This document shows, piece by piece, positions 26,836-41,000 of a DNA stretch of 64,000 bases. The stretch comes from Felis catus (Eukaryota), in the NCBI RefSeq assembly GCF_018350175.1, contig NC_058368.1:56856001-56920000 (forward strand), given 5' to 3'. The position numbers and the translations under genes are program-made. How positions within the stretch are numbered: the stretch's first letter is position 1; each line of letters begins with the position of its first letter. The notes below the pieces were generated by a model that made no database searches, was not told where the DNA came from, and saw only the letters and a program-made list of their open reading frames with translations.

Positions 26836-29800
26836 TCAGGATCCACATAAGAGTGAAACCATATGGTATCTGTCTTTCTCTGTATGGCTTATTTCACTTA
26901 GCATCACACTCTCCAGTTCCATCCACGTTGCTACAAAAGGCCATATTTCATTTTTTCTCATTGCCACGTAATATTCCATTGTGTATATAAACCACAATTT
27001 CTTTATCCATTCATCAGTTGATGGACATTTAGGCTCTTTCCATAATTTGGCTATTGTTGAGAGTGCTGCTATGAACATTGGGGTACAAGTGGCCCTATGC
27101 ATCAGTACTCCTGTATCCCTTGGATAAATTCCTAGCAGTGCTATTGCTGGGTCATAGGGTAGGTCTATTTTTAATTTTCTGAGGAACCTCCACACTGCTT
27201 TCCAGAGCGGCTGCACCAATTTGCATTCCCACCAACAGTGCAAGAGGGTTCCCGTTTCTCCACATCCTCGCCAGCATCTATAGTCTCCTGATTTGTTCAT
27301 TTTGGCCACTCTGACTGGCGTGAGGTGATATCTGAGTGTGGTTTTGATTTGTATTTCCCTGATAAGGAGCGACGCTGAACATCTTTTCATGTGCCTGTTG
27401 GCCATCCGGATGTCTTCTTTAGAGAAGTGTCTATTCATGTTTTCTGCCCATTTCTTCACTGGGTTATTTGTTTTTTGGGTGTGGAGTTTGGTGAGCTCTT
27501 TATAGATTTTGGATACTAGCCCTTTGTCTGATATGTCATTTGCAAATATCTTTTCCCATTCCGTTGGTTGCCTTTTAGTTTTGTTGCTTGTTTCCTTTGC
27601 TGTGCAGAAGCTTTTTATCTTCATAAGGTCCCAGTAATTCACTTTTGCTTTTAATTCCCTTGCCTTTGGGGATGTGTCGAGTAAGAGATTGCTACGGCTG
27701 AGGTCAGAGAGGTCTTTTCCTGCTTTCTCCTCTAAGGTTTTGATGGTTTCCTGTCTCACATTTAGGTCCTTTATCCATTTTGAGTTTATTTTTGTGAATG
27801 GTGTGAGGAAGTGGTCTAATTTCAACCTTCTGCATGTTGCTGTCCAGTTCTCCCAGCACCATTTGTTAAAGAGGCTGTCTTTTTTCCATTGGATGTTCTT
27901 TCCTGCTTTGTCAAAGATGAGTTGGCCATACGTTTGTGGGTCTAGTTCTGGGGTTTCTATTCTATTCCATTGGTCTACGTGTCTGTTTTTGTGCCAATAC
28001 CATGCTGTCTTGATGATGACAGCTTTGTAGTAGAGGCTAAAGTCTGGGATTGGGATGCCTCCTGCTTTGGTCTTCTTCTTCAAAATTCCTTTGGCTATTC
28101 AGGGCCTTTTGTGGTTCCATATGAATTTTAGGATTGCTTGTACTAGTTTTGAGAAGAATGCTGGTGCAATTTTGATTGGGATTGCATTGAATGTGTAGAT
28201 AGCTTTGGGTAGTATTGACATTTTGACAATATTTATTTTTCCAATCCATGAGCAGGGAATGTCTTTCCATTTCTTTAAATCTTCTTCAATTTCCTTCATA
28301 AGCTTTCTATAGTTTTCAGCATACAGATCCTTTACATCTTTGGTTAGATTTATTCCTAGGTATTTTATGCTTCTTGGTGCAATTGTGAATGGGATCAGTT
28401 TCTTTATTTGTCTTTCTGTCGCTTCATTGTTAGTGTATAAGAATGCAACTGATTTCTGTACATTGATTTTGTATCCTGCAACTTTGCTGAATTCCTGTAT
28501 CAGTTCTAGCAGACTTTTGGTGGAGTCTATCGGATTTTCCATGTATAATATCATGTCATCTGCAAAAAGCGAAAGCTTGACTTCATCTTTGCCAATTTTG
28601 ATGCCTTTGATTTCCTTTTGTCGTCTGATTGCTGATGCTAGAACTTCCAGCACTATGTTAAACAGCAGCGGTGAGAGTGGGCATCCCTGTCGTGTTCCTG
28701 ATCTCAGGGAAAAAGCTCTCAGTTTTTCCCGTTGAGGATGATGTTAGCTGTGGGCTTTTCATAAATGGCTTTTATGATCTTTAAGTATGTTCCTTCTATC
28801 CCGACTTTCTCAAGGGTTTTTTATTAAGAAAGGGTGCTGGATTTTGTCAAAGGCCTTTTCTGCATCGATTGACAGGATCATATGGTTCTTCTCTTTTTTT
28901 TTTTTGTTAATGTGATGTATCACGTTGATTGATTTGTGAATGTTGAACCAGCCCTGCATCCCAGGAATGAATCCCACTTGATCATGGTGAATAATTCTTT
29001 TTATATGCCGTTGAATTCGATTCGCTAGTATCTTATTGAGAATTTTTGCATCCATATTCATCAGGGATATTGGCCTGTAGTTCTCTTTTTTTACTGGGTC
29101 TCTGTCTGGTTTAGGAATCAAAGTAATACTGGCTTCATAGAATGAGTCTGGAAGTTTTCCTTCCCTTTCTATTTCTTGGAATAGCTTGAGAAGGATAGGT
29201 ATTATCTCTGCTTTAAACGTCTGGTAGAACTCCCCTGGGAAGCCATCTGGTCCTGGACTCTTATTTGTTGGGAGATTTTTGATAACCGATTCAATTTCTT
29301 CGCTGGTTATGGGTCTGTTCAAGCTTTCTATTTCCTCCTGGTTGAGTTTTGGAAGAGTGTGGGTGTTCAGGAATTTGTCCATTTCTTCCAGGTTGTCCAA
29401 TTTGTTGGCATATAATTTTTCATAGTATTCCCTGATAATTGTTTGTATCTCTGAGGGATTGGTTGTAATAATTCCATTTTCATTCATGATTTCATCTATT
29501 TGGGTCATCTCCCTTTTCTTTTTGAGAAGCCTGGCTAGAGGTTTGTCAATTTTGTTTATTTTTTCAAAAAAACAACTCTTGGTTTCGTTGATCTGCTCTA
29601 CAGTTTTTTTAGATTCTATATTGTTTATTTCTGCTCTGATCTTTATTATTTCTCTTCTTCTGCTGGGTTTAGGCTGCCTTTGCTGTTCTGCTTCTAGTTC
29701 CTTTAGGTGTGCTGTTAGATTTTGTATTTGGGATGTTTCTTGTTTCTTGAGATAGGCCTGGATTGCAATGTATTTTCCTCTCAGGACTGCCTTCGCTGTG

Positions 29801-30661
29801 TCCCAAAGCGTTTGGATTGTTGTATTTTCATTTTCGTTTGTTTCCATATATTTTTTAATTTCTTCTCTAATTGCCTGGTTGACCCACTCATTCGTTAGTA
29901 GGGTGTTCTTTAACCTCCATGCCTTTGGAGGTTTTCCAGACTTTTTTCTGTGGTTGATTTCAAGCTTCATAGCATTGTGGTTCTGAAAGTATGCATGGTA
30001 TAATTTCAATTCTTGTGTACTTATGAAGGGCTGTTTTGTGACCCAGTATATGATCTATCTTGGAGAATGTTCCATGTGCACTCGAGAAGAAAGTATATTC
30101 TGTTGCTTTGGGATGCAGAGTTCTAAATATATCTGTCAAGTCCATCTGATCCAATGTCTCATTCAGGGCCCTTGTTTCTTTATTGACCGTGTGTCTAGAT
30201 GATCTGTCCATTTCTGTAAGTGGGGTGTTCAAGTCCCCTGCAATTACCACATTCTTATCAATAAGGTTGCTTATGTTTATGAGTAATTGTTTTATATATT
30301 TGGGGGCTCCGGTATTCGGTGCATAGACATTTATAATTGTTAGCTCTTCCTGATGGATAGACCCTGTAACTATTATATAATGTCCTTCTTCATCTCTTGT
30401 TACAGCCTTTAATTTAAAGTCTAGTTTGTCTGATATAAGTATGGCTACTCCAGCTTTCTTTTGGCTTCCAGTAGCATGATCAATAGTTCTCCATCCCCTC
30501 ACTCTCAATCTAAAGGTGTCCTCAAGTCTAAAATGAGTCTCTTGTAGACAGCAAATAGATGGGTCTTGTTTTTTTATCCATTCTGATACCCTATGTCTTT
30601 TGGTTGGCGCATTTAATCCATTTACATTCAGTGTTATAGAAAGATACGGGTTTAGAGTCAT
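26836..30661 (-). pseudogene. Disrupted ORF2 of L1-A
   Basis: Split into 4 ORFs. Versus L1-B: +1 T near 29981 (at SDH), T5 to T6 near 28817-28822, CGA to TGA at 28099-28101, and GDFN to GDLN. Confidence 0.93.
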
Positions 30662-30711
30662 TGTGATGTCTGTATGTTTTATGCTTGTAGTGATGTCTCT
30701 GGGACTTTGTC

Positions 30712-31604
30712 TCACAGGGTCCCCCTTAGGATCTCTTGTAGGGCTGGTTTAGTGGTGACAAATTCCTTCAGTTTTTGTTTGTTTGGGAAGACCTTTATCT
30801 CTCCTTCTATTCTAAATGACAGACTTGCTGGATAAAGGATTCTCGGCTGCATATTTTTTCTGTCTAGCACCCTGAAAATCTCGTGCCAATTCTTTCTGGC
30901 CTGCCAAGTTTCAAAAGAGAGATCAGTCAGGAGTCTTATAGGTCTCCCTTTATATGTGAGGGCACGTTTACCCCTAGCTGCTTTCAAAATTTTCTCTTTA
31001 TCTTTGTATTTTGCCAGTTTCACTATGATATGTCCTGCAGAAGATCGATTCAAGTTACGTCTGAAGGGAGTTCTCTGTGCCTCTTGGATTCAATGCCTTT
31101 TTCCTTCCCCAGTTCAGGGAAGTTCTCAGCTATGATTTCTTCAAGTACCCCTTCAGCACCTTTCCCTCTCTCTTCCTCCTCTGGGATACCAATTATGCGT
31201 ATATTATTTCTTTTTAGTGTGTCACTTAGTTCTCTAATTTTCCCCTCATACTCCTGGATTTTTTTATCTCTCTTTTTCTCAGCTTCCTCTTTTTCCATAA
31301 CTTTATCCTCTAGTTCACCTATTCTCTCCTCTGCCTCTTCAAGCCGAGCCGTGGTGGTTTCCATTTTGTTATGTATTTCATTTAAAGCGTTTTTCAGCTC
31401 CTCGTGACTGCTCCTTAGTCCCTTGATCTCTGTAGCAAGAGATTCTCTGCTGTCCTGTATACTGTTTTCAAGCCCAGCGATTAATTTTATGACTATTATT
31501 CTAAATTCACTTTCTGTTATATTATTTAAATCCTTTTTGATCAGCTCATTAGCTGTTGTTATTTCCTGGAGATTCTTCTGAGGGGAATTCTTCCGCTTGG
31601 TCAC
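30712..31604 (-). pseudogene. Disrupted ORF1 of L1-A
   Basis: Start ATG changed to GTG at 31604. A 1-bp deletion near 31090 (ggatt vs ggattt in L1-B) splits the frame. Confidence 0.92.
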
Positions 31605-33229
31605 TTTGGATAGTCCTTGGCGTGGTGAGGACCTGCAGGGCACTTCCCCTGTGCTGTGGTGTATAACTGGAGTTGGTGGGCGGGGCCGCATTCAGACCTG
31701 ATGTCTGCCCCCAGCCCACCGCTGGGGCCACAGTCAGACTGGTGTGTGCCTTCTCTTCCCCTCTCCTAGGGGCGGGATTCACTGTGGGGTGGTGTGGCCC
31801 GTCTGGGCTACTTGCACACTGCCAGGCTTGTGATGCTGGGGATCTGGCATATTAGCTGGGGTGGGTAGGCAAGGTGCACAGGGGCAGGAGGGGCAGGCTT
31901 AGATCACTTCTCCTTAGGTGATCCACTTCAGGAGGGGCCCTGTGGCAGCGGGAGGGAGTCAGATCCACTGCCGGAGGTTTGGCTCCGCAGAAGCACAGAG
32001 TTGGGTGTTTGCGCGGAGCGAGCAAGTTCCCTGGCAGGAACTGGTTCTCTTTGGGATTTTGGCTGGGGGATGGGCGGGGGAGATGGCGCTGGCAAGCGCC
32101 TTTGTTCCCCACCAAAATGAGCTCTGTCGTCAGGGGGCTCAGCAGCTCTCCCTCCCTTTGTCCTCCAGCCTTCCAGCTTTCTGAGCAGAGCTGTTAACTT
32201 ATGACCGCCCAGACGCTAAGTTGTGCTTGCTGTGGGAACACAGTCTGTCAGGCCCCTCCGCTTTTGCAAGCCAGACTCGGGGGCTCTGCTTGGCCAGGAG
32301 CCGCCCCTCCGCCCCGGCTCCCTCCCGCCAGTCCGTGGAGCGCGCACCGCCTCGCCGCCCTTCCTACCCTCTTCCGTGGGCCTCTCGTCTGCGTTTGGCT
32401 CCGGCGACTCTGTTCTGCTAATCCTCTGGCAGTTTTCTGGGTTATTTAGGCAGGTGTAGGTGGAATCTAAGTGATCAGCAGGACGTGCGGTGAGCCCAGC
32501 GTCCTCCTAAGCCGCCATCTTCTCTTCTGGGTCCTAAAAATCTTTTTCAAGACCATTTCTATAGCAAGCTTCCTTTGCCCCTCCATGAACATAAATGTAA
32601 CTAAATCAACCCCCCTGAAAACTGATGAGAATCAAGAAACCAATTAAAAACCAAAAATAAAAAACATTTAAAAGAGCAACTTGGACACAAATAAATAGAA
32701 GAGGCAAGAAATTTCTTTTAATAACAAAAGGAAGATAAACAAAGGAGAAGGTCAGTTAGAAGTCAAATAAATTTCAAATAACTTAATAAATAAAAGTGAA
32801 ACTCTAATTCTGTTATATATAAGTACTACTTTTGAAAGATGTCCTTGAAAAATATTTAATCATTATGCTACTTATTTCTGATAAACAACATGAGGAAGTT
32901 GTTTCTATTTTTGGTCAACTTCCAAAATGGTACAGATATCTTTCTCATTGAAGCTCTAACAGGACACAGATTCTTTTGCCTTGTTGTAGCCAAGGTTGTT
33001 TCAATATTTTTTAACACATTGTAATCCCATAATAAAAACTGAATTAATTAATGTCCACTATAATGTATAGCCAAACCTGTTACAAGTCATATGTGAAAAA
33101 AAATTATTGTTTTCATAAATATTTTATAAAGAAACCCATACTGGATATATGGATTAGAAATAATGATTGGATTATCAAATTTAGATAAAACATTCAAGAG
33201 AAAGTTGATTCAATAAATGTGTTTCAATA

Positions 33230-33608
33230 AAGTCTTGCCATTTGCAACAGCATGGATGGACCTTGAAAACTTTATGCTAAGCGAAATAAGTCAGAGAAAG
33301 ACAAATACCATATGTGGTACTCATATGTGGACCCTAAATAAGCAAATAAAACCAAGTCCTGGAAATGTAATATATAGCATGGTGACTATAGATGTTAACA
33401 CTGTGTTGTATATTTGAATGTTGCTAAGAGAGTAAATTTTAAGAGTTCTCATCACAAGAAAAAAGACTTCTCTATATGGTGACAGATGTTAAGTAGACTT
33501 AATGTGGTGTTCATTTTGCAACATATCCAAATATTGAATCGTTATGTTGTACACCTGAAGCCAATAAAACATATGCCAATTATGCCTCACATTACAAAAA
33601 AAAAAAAA
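33230..33608 (+). mobile_element. L1 3' fragment (older L1MA/carnivore type)
   Basis: ttgccatttgcaacagcatggatggacc, atgctaagcgaaataagtcag, tgtacacctgaa and an A tail. Confidence 0.85.
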
Positions 33609-34377
33609 CACACAGGAAAGACAGAAGTTGGTGAAGTTCATACTGCTGATAACCTTCAGGAATGTGTTAGGCCCTTCTAGCCACTCAGGTAGGTGCCTTC
33701 CACGCACTCTCTGCTGGTGGTGTAGCATTTCATATTTTATTTCTTTGAAAGTCTCAAACTCAAAAGACTAGACTATATATTTTTTTCTCTTTTAACTAGT
33801 AAGAGTAGCATGTAGTTTATATTGGGTTAAACATGAAAAAAAATTAAAATTAATCTCTTAAAACTATAGGATAACTCAGTAAATTGTAGCAGATTGAGAA
33901 ACCTCAGGTTATGGAGTCAAATAAAGGAGATTAAGAAAATTAGCCAGACAATATGAGTTTCTCTCTTGCTCCTTTGTTATTTTCCTGGCCAAATATGCAA
34001 GGAGTGTGATATTGGAAGCAACTTTTGTGAACAGAGATTCTGATGCATTCTCCTGGTTTGTCTTCTCAAAGTATTACAGCATTGACTACATGATTGCACT
34101 TGCCTCTGCCACCCAACTGGCACTGAAAAAAAAGTGTTGGTAATTTAATAAGTATGTAATGCACTCACATAGTAAGGCAATTCTAGTAGCACAGCAATTA
34201 GTGAGAATGAATATGCTCCCACTTGTTGGCTAACTATATATTGTTTTACATAATGGGAATTGTATTTGTCTAGTCATAGTTGCTTTTAAATCCCAACTCA
34301 AATAAGTGTGAGAATATTGGCAATTTACTTAACCTCCCAATGCTTCAATTTTCATACTTCTAAAACGGGCATTTTGA

Positions 34378-34617
34378 GGGGCGGCTGGGTGGCTCAGTCG
34401 GTTATCGGGTAAGTGTCCGACTTCGGCTCAGGTCATGATCTCACAGGTCATGAGTTCAAGCCCTGCATCAGGCTCTCTGCCTTCAGTGCAGAGACCACTT
34501 TGGATCCTCTGTCTCCCTCTCTATCTCTGCCATTTGCATGTGTGCACTGTTTCTCTCTCTCTCTCAAAAATAAATAAACATTAAAAAGAACTCTACATTT
34601 AAAAAACTAAAAATAAA
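34378..34617 (+). mobile_element. Can-SINE within a MIR relic
   Basis: TSD-like aaa(c/t)ggg(c/t)attttgag on both sides. Confidence 0.9.
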
Positions 34618-35137
34618 AAATGGGTATTTTGAGTAAAACATGGTTCTGAGGTGACTTAATATGTAAAATTATATAAAATTATATATATGTATATATATAC
34701 ATATATATATTCACTTAAGTGAAGGGTGTGGAACATAGAAAGTGCTCAAGAAATGGTAGCCCATAGTAATAATAGTGATTAGTCATTTATTATGTCCCAG
34801 AGGTTTTTCTTATATATTTAAAATAATTATCTGGATTTGAATTCATTGCCAACTTTAATGCAATCTATAGTTTTTCTTTAATTTTAGTTTGGCTCCGTTG
34901 TTTCTGTAGAAGTTTGCTAACATTGCATTGTTGATTCTTTTCCATTGTGTTCTTTGATTACTTGAGAAAGTTATTATTCTTCCATAGGTCTAATAAATCC
35001 TCTACTTTATAATCTTTGTTTTGAAGGAAAAAGTGATACTTAGTTTAAGTCAGGTGGATGAAGTTCGACAGTAGAGGGAAATGCAAAAGCAAGTTTTTCC
35101 TTGGTATACCTGAGGGGCCTTTGAAAGTATATTTTCC

Positions 35138-35355
35138 TGGGATGCCTGGGTGTCTCTGGGTTGAGCATCCGACTCTTGACTTGGGCTCAGGTCACAATAC
35201 CAGTGTCCTGAGATTGAGCCCCACCTCAGGCTCCCTGTCAGCTTGGGATTCTCTCTCTCTGCTTCTCTCTCTGTCTCTCTCTCTCTCTGTCTCTCTCTCT
35301 CTCTCTGTCTCTCTCTCTCTCTCTCTCGTTCTCTCTCAAAATAAACTTTAAAAAA
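35138..35355 (+). mobile_element. Older Can-SINE
   Basis: gggatgcctgggtg head, long CT tract; TSD-like aaagtat(a/c)tttt(c/t)ct. Confidence 0.85.
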
Positions 35356-35599
35356 AGTATCTTTTTCTGGGACATTATGGACATTCTTAGGATATTTGAG
35401 AAAATGCACTGGGCTACCAAATCCCACACAAAGTTTACAAATAAAAATAAATAAGACATGCTATCCAGCCAGTGATTCAACATTAGTTGACCATGTATTA
35501 TTTACTACCTCATCTATTACTCATTGTTCCATGCCTGTTATGGACACAGAGACTATTCTGACATAGATTCTGAATCTTGGATTTCACAGAACAGAGATG

Positions 35600-36430
35600 T
35601 GCATGGGATTCTCCATTTGCCACTTCCAATTTATGCTCCACAATTTACCATGCAACTTGAGCTTCAGGAAGCTGATTTTAAGACATTAGTGGGCTCCCTT
35701 GTCCTCTTCTTTATTGGGTTCACTCAGCTGGCTGCTCTGGAAGGAGATTAGGGATCAGGGCAGAGAGAGAGCAGTAGAGCTCTTCCCACGGCTGCCTCCG
35801 TGACAAGCTGCTGAGAGGTGATGTTCATCTTCACCCAAGACCATATGCCCTCTTCAGATTCCAGCTATAAACTCCTCACCTTGTCCCTTTAGCCCCACGA
35901 TAGTAATTCTTCCACCTGTGGATGATGCCAGGGCATTTCACCATTCTTTGTTGGTTTCCCTGAACCTTGGTACTCAGCTTAAACCACTTTAACTAAGCAC
36001 ATTTCAGTGTACAAAAACAGACCAAACACTGTGAAAGCAGGAGGAAGGAATGCACTGCCCAACTTAATCCAAGAATAAACCTAGTTACTTAGAAATGCAT
36101 AGCTCAGATGTTCCTTCAAGGATGGACTTTTTGGTACAACTCCTGAGCATGCTCTCAGCAGAAAGCCTTCACCTTGTTCTTGGCCCTTTCAGGATTTGCT
36201 TCACTTGCATGACTCTTCTTGTTTGGTGGTATAGAGCCTGGCCATGTTGGCTCAACTCAGGACAAACCTGGAAGGCGTTGTGGTTTCTGAGTTTCTCCAT
36301 GGGATTAGAAGAGACTGCTATTGTACTTGAATTGCATCTCACCCTCTCTCTGTCTACCTCTACCTCTTTCCATTCCCTTCCATGGGGTTGATCCCACAGG
36401 CCCTCCTAACACCCTGTGTGCCAGGTTGTC
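35600..36430. mobile_element. Possible ancient ERVL/MaLR LTR relics
   Basis: General resemblance only; family not assignable. Confidence 0.3.
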
Positions 36431-38011
36431 ACAGAATGTGTATTATCAGTTAACTCTCCACTGTACCTTCTCTTTCCTGTATATAGTATTTTTAATGAAG
36501 GGGGTCATAAATTGAATTTCAAAACATTTTTGGGGGGCTCACTAAACAAAGAAAATACAGTGGTAATAGTGCAGGCAAAACAATCATTTAAATATAAGGT
36601 AGCTTATGGTTTATATATTTTTCATTCCACTTTTTATTATAACATATTATTTTGTATTTTGCAACTGGAAAAAGCACTGCAGATTTTATAGAGAAGTGTT
36701 ATGGATGCCACATGGTGATGCAGCATTATGTTTAAAAATATATGTACATAGAGAAACCAAGAAATTTATCTATCAAAAAGAAATCAACTACATGCCCTGA
36801 AATGTGACCCAGATATAAGAAACAATCTAGCTGGGCTGACGATCAACTTGATGTCCTCTGACATTTTTATTTTGGTTCTCTCTGAAAAGGTGTCCTATTT
36901 TTCAGTTTTTAAGATGTGGAGAAATTTCTTTTACTGTTTGTCACAGTTAAGAGGAAAAAGTAGGAGTGAATCAAAGGTTATGTAATTTGATAATTTGGTA
37001 TTTTCCTACATTATTTTATTGTTTACAGTCTATATTTTTACACTTTTATTGAAATAAAGTAATATGCATGAATTTCTCTCTACCAAACCTTGGTTGTCCA
37101 TATATTATAACATTATAAATATATAGCTCTTAACAGGTCCCTAAAAAACATATATACTGAATGAAATAACTTGGAAAATAGTTCCTTTTCAAGACTCCAG
37201 GTCATGAAAGTTGTTTAATAGATTAGTTTAGCTCAGCTGTAACTGAAACCCTTTGGAAGAATAATAAAGTACTCATTGGGACCTTTCCTCCACTTATTAG
37301 ACTTACCGCAAGATGAGAAAATAAACTCAAATAAACACCTACCTTTAAGGTAACTGTTATTTACGAATTTGATTACTTGTAGAGGAATGGGTTTTCAGTT
37401 GATATAAATGACAGTCCCAACTATCTTTCTCTCTAGGCTATATGAGAGAAAGCTAGAAATTATCAAAGAACATATACTTTGGTGATAATTCCTAGGAGTT
37501 CTGGGGCATTTCTCTATCCTTTTGTGGTAGAGGTGACACATTTCCATTCCCTCAGAATCATATGAGGAAGGCTCAAGTGAACCCATTTGGAAAGTCAAAG
37601 ATGTTCTTGCAAGAATGTAGACTTGCATCATACTCCCCAGGTACAAACACTCAAAGTTTCTCCTCTGTACCTCCCTCTGGACTTGAAGATGGAACAGAGA
37701 GTTACAAAGGAGCATGCATGCCCTGAAGCCTCCTGAAGTTTATTGGACAGAAAAAGGTCTGCCTACTTCTTTTTTTTTTTTTTTTTTTTAATATGAAATT
37801 TATTGACAAATTAGTTTCCATACAACACCCAGTGCTCATCCCAAAAGGTGCCCTCCTCAATACCCATCACCCACCCTCTCCTCCCTCCCACCCCCCATCA
37901 ACCCTCAGTTTGTTCTCAGTTTTTAAGAGTCTCTTATACTTTGGCTCTCTCCCACTCTAACCTGTTTTTTTTTTTTTTCCTTCCCCTCCCCCATGGGTTC
38001 CTGTTAAATTC

Positions 38012-41000
38012 TCAGGGTCCACATAAGAGTGAAACCATATGGTATCTGTCTTTCTCTGTATGGCTTATTTCACTTAGCATCACACTCTCCAGTTCCATCC
38101 ACGTTGCTACAAAAGGCCATATTTCATTTTTTCTCATTGCCACGTAATATTCCATTGTGTATATAAACCACAATTTCTTTATCCATTCATCAGTTGATGG
38201 ACATTTAGGCTCTTTCCATAATTTGGCTATTGTTGAGAGTGCTGCTATGAACATTGGGGTACAAGTGGCCCTATGCATCAGTACTCCTGTATCCCTTGGA
38301 TAAATTCCTAGCAGTGCTATTGCTGGGTCATAGGGTAGGTCTATTTTTAATTTTCTGAGGAACCTCCACACTGCTTTCCAGAGCGGCTGCACCAATTTGC
38401 ATTCCCACCAACAGTGCAAGAGGGTTCCCGTTTCTCCACATCCTCTCCAGCATCTAGAGTCTCCTGATTTGTTCATTTTGGCCACTCTGACTGGCGTGAG
38501 GTGATACCTGAGTGTGGTTTTGATTTGTATTTCCCTGATAAGGAGCGACGCTGAACATCTTTTCATGTGCCTGTTGGCCATCCGGATGTCTTCTTTAGAG
38601 AAGTGTCTATTCATGTTTTCTGCCCATTTCTTCACTGGGTTATTTGTTTTTCGGGTGTGGAGTTTGGTGAGCTCTTTATAGATTTTGGATACTAGCCCTT
38701 TGTCCGATATGTCATTTGCGAATATCTTTTCCCATTCCGTTGGTTGCCTTTTAGTTTTGTTGGTTGTTTCCTTTGCTGTGCAGAAGCTTTTTATCTTCAT
38801 AAGGTCCCAGTAATTCACTTTTGCTTTTAATTCCCTTGCCTTTGGGGATGTGTCGAGTAAGAGATTGCTACGGCTGAGGTCAGAGAGGTCTTTTCCTGCT
38901 TTCTCCTCTAAGGTTTTGATGGTTTCCTGTCTCACATTTAGGTCCTTTATCCATTTTGAGTTTATTTTTGTGAATGGTGTGAGAAAGTGGTCTAGTTTCA
39001 ACCTTCTGCATGTTGCTGTCCAGTTCTCCCAGCACCATTTGTTAAAGAGGCTGTCTTTTTTCCATTGGATGTTCTTTCCTGCTTTGTCAAAGATGAGTTG
39101 GCCATACGTTTGTGGGTCTAGTTCTGGGGTTTCTATTCTATTCCATTGGTCTATGTGTCTGTTTCTGTGCCAATACCATGCTGTCTTGATGATGACAGCT
39201 TTGTAGTAGAGGCTAAAGTCTGGGATTGTGATGCCTCCTGCTTTGGTCTTCTTCTTCAAAATTCCTTTGGCTATTCGGGGCCTTTTGTGGTTCCATATGA
39301 ATTTTAGGATTGCTTGTTCTAGTTTCGAGAAGAATGCTGGTGCAATTTTGATTGGGATTGCATTGAATGTGTAGATAGCTTTGGGTAGTATTGACATTTT
39401 GACAATATTTATTTTTCCAATCCATGAGCAGGGAATGTCTTTCCATTTCTTTAAATCTTCTTCAATTTCCTTCATAAGCTTTCTATAGTTTTCAGCATAC
39501 AGATCCTTTACATCTTTGGTTAGATTTATTCCTAGGTATTTTATGCTTCTTGGTGCAATTGTGAATGGGATCAGTTTCTTTATTTGTCTTTCTGTTGCTT
39601 CATTGTTAGTGTATAAGAATGCAACTGATTTCTGTACATTGATTTTGTATCCTGCAACTTTGCTGAATTCCTGTATCAGTTCTAGTAGACTTTTGGTGGA
39701 GTCTATCGGATTTTCCATGTATAATATCATGTCATCTGCAAAAAGCGAAAGCTTGACTTCGTCTTTGCCAATTTTGATGCCTTTGATTTCCTTTTGTTGT
39801 CTGATTGCTGATGCTAGAACTTCCAGCACTATGTTAAACAGCAGCGGTGAGAGTGGGCATCCTTGTCGTGTTCCTGATCTCAGGGAAAAAGCTCTCAGTT
39901 TTTCCCCGTTGAGGATGATGTTAGCTGTGGGCTTTTCATAGATGGCTTTTATGATCTTTAAGTATGTTCCTTCTATCCCGACTTTCTCAAGGGTTTTTAT
40001 TAAGAAAGGGTGCTGGATTTTGTCAAAGGCCTTTTCTGCATCGATTGACAGGATCATATGGTTCTTCTCTTTTTTTTTGTTAATGTGATGTATCACGTTG
40101 ATTGATTTGCGAATGTTGAACCAGCCCTGCATCCCAGGAATGAATCCCACTTGATCATGGTGAATAATTCTTTTTATATGCCGTTGAATTCGATTTGCTA
40201 GTATCTTATTGAGAATTTTTGCATCCATATTCATCAGGGATATTGGCCTGTAGTTCTCTTTTTTTACTGGGTCTCTGTCAGGTTTAGGAATCAAAGTAAT
40301 ACTGGCTTCATAGAATGAGTCTGGAAGTTTTCCTTCCCTTTCTATTTCTTGGAATAGCTTGAGAAGGATAGGTATTATCTCTGCTTTAAACGTCTGGTAG
40401 AACTCCCCTGGGAAGCCATCTGGTCCTGGACTCTTATTTGTTGGGAGATTTTTGATAACCGATTCAATTTCTTCACTGGTTATGGGTCTGTTCAAGCTTT
40501 CTATTTCCTCCTGATTGAGTTTTGGAAGAGTGTGGGTGTTCAGGAATTTGTCCATTTCTTCCAGGTTGTCCAGTTTGTTGGCATATAATTTTTCATAGTA
40601 TTCCCTGATAATTGTTTGTATCTCTGAGGGATTGGTTGTAATAATTCCATTTTCATTCATGATTTTATCTATTTGGGTCATCTCCCTTTTCTTTTTGAGA
40701 AGCCTGGCTAGAGGTTTGTCAATTTTGTTTATTTTTTCAAAAAACCAACTCTTGGTTTCGTTGATCTGCTCTACAGTTTTTTTAGATTCTATATTGTTTA
40801 TTTCTGCTCTGATCTTTATTATTTCTCTTCTTCTGCTGGGTTTAGGCTGCCTTTGCTGTTCTGCTTCTAGTTCCTTTAGGTGTGCTGTTAGATTTTGTAT
40901 TTGGGATTTTTCTTGTTTCTTGAGATAGGCCTGGATTGCAATGTATTTTCCTCTCAGGACTGCCTTCGCTGCGTCCCAAAGCGTTTGGATTGTTGTATTT

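Larger units (their letters stand above)
26607..32548 (-). mobile_element. Full-length but disrupted feline LINE-1 (L1-A)
   Basis: Colinear and near-identical with L1-B. 12-bp TSD aagaccatttct at 26595-26606 and 32549-32560, poly(A) tail, and YY1 motif near 32511-32521. Confidence 0.97.
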
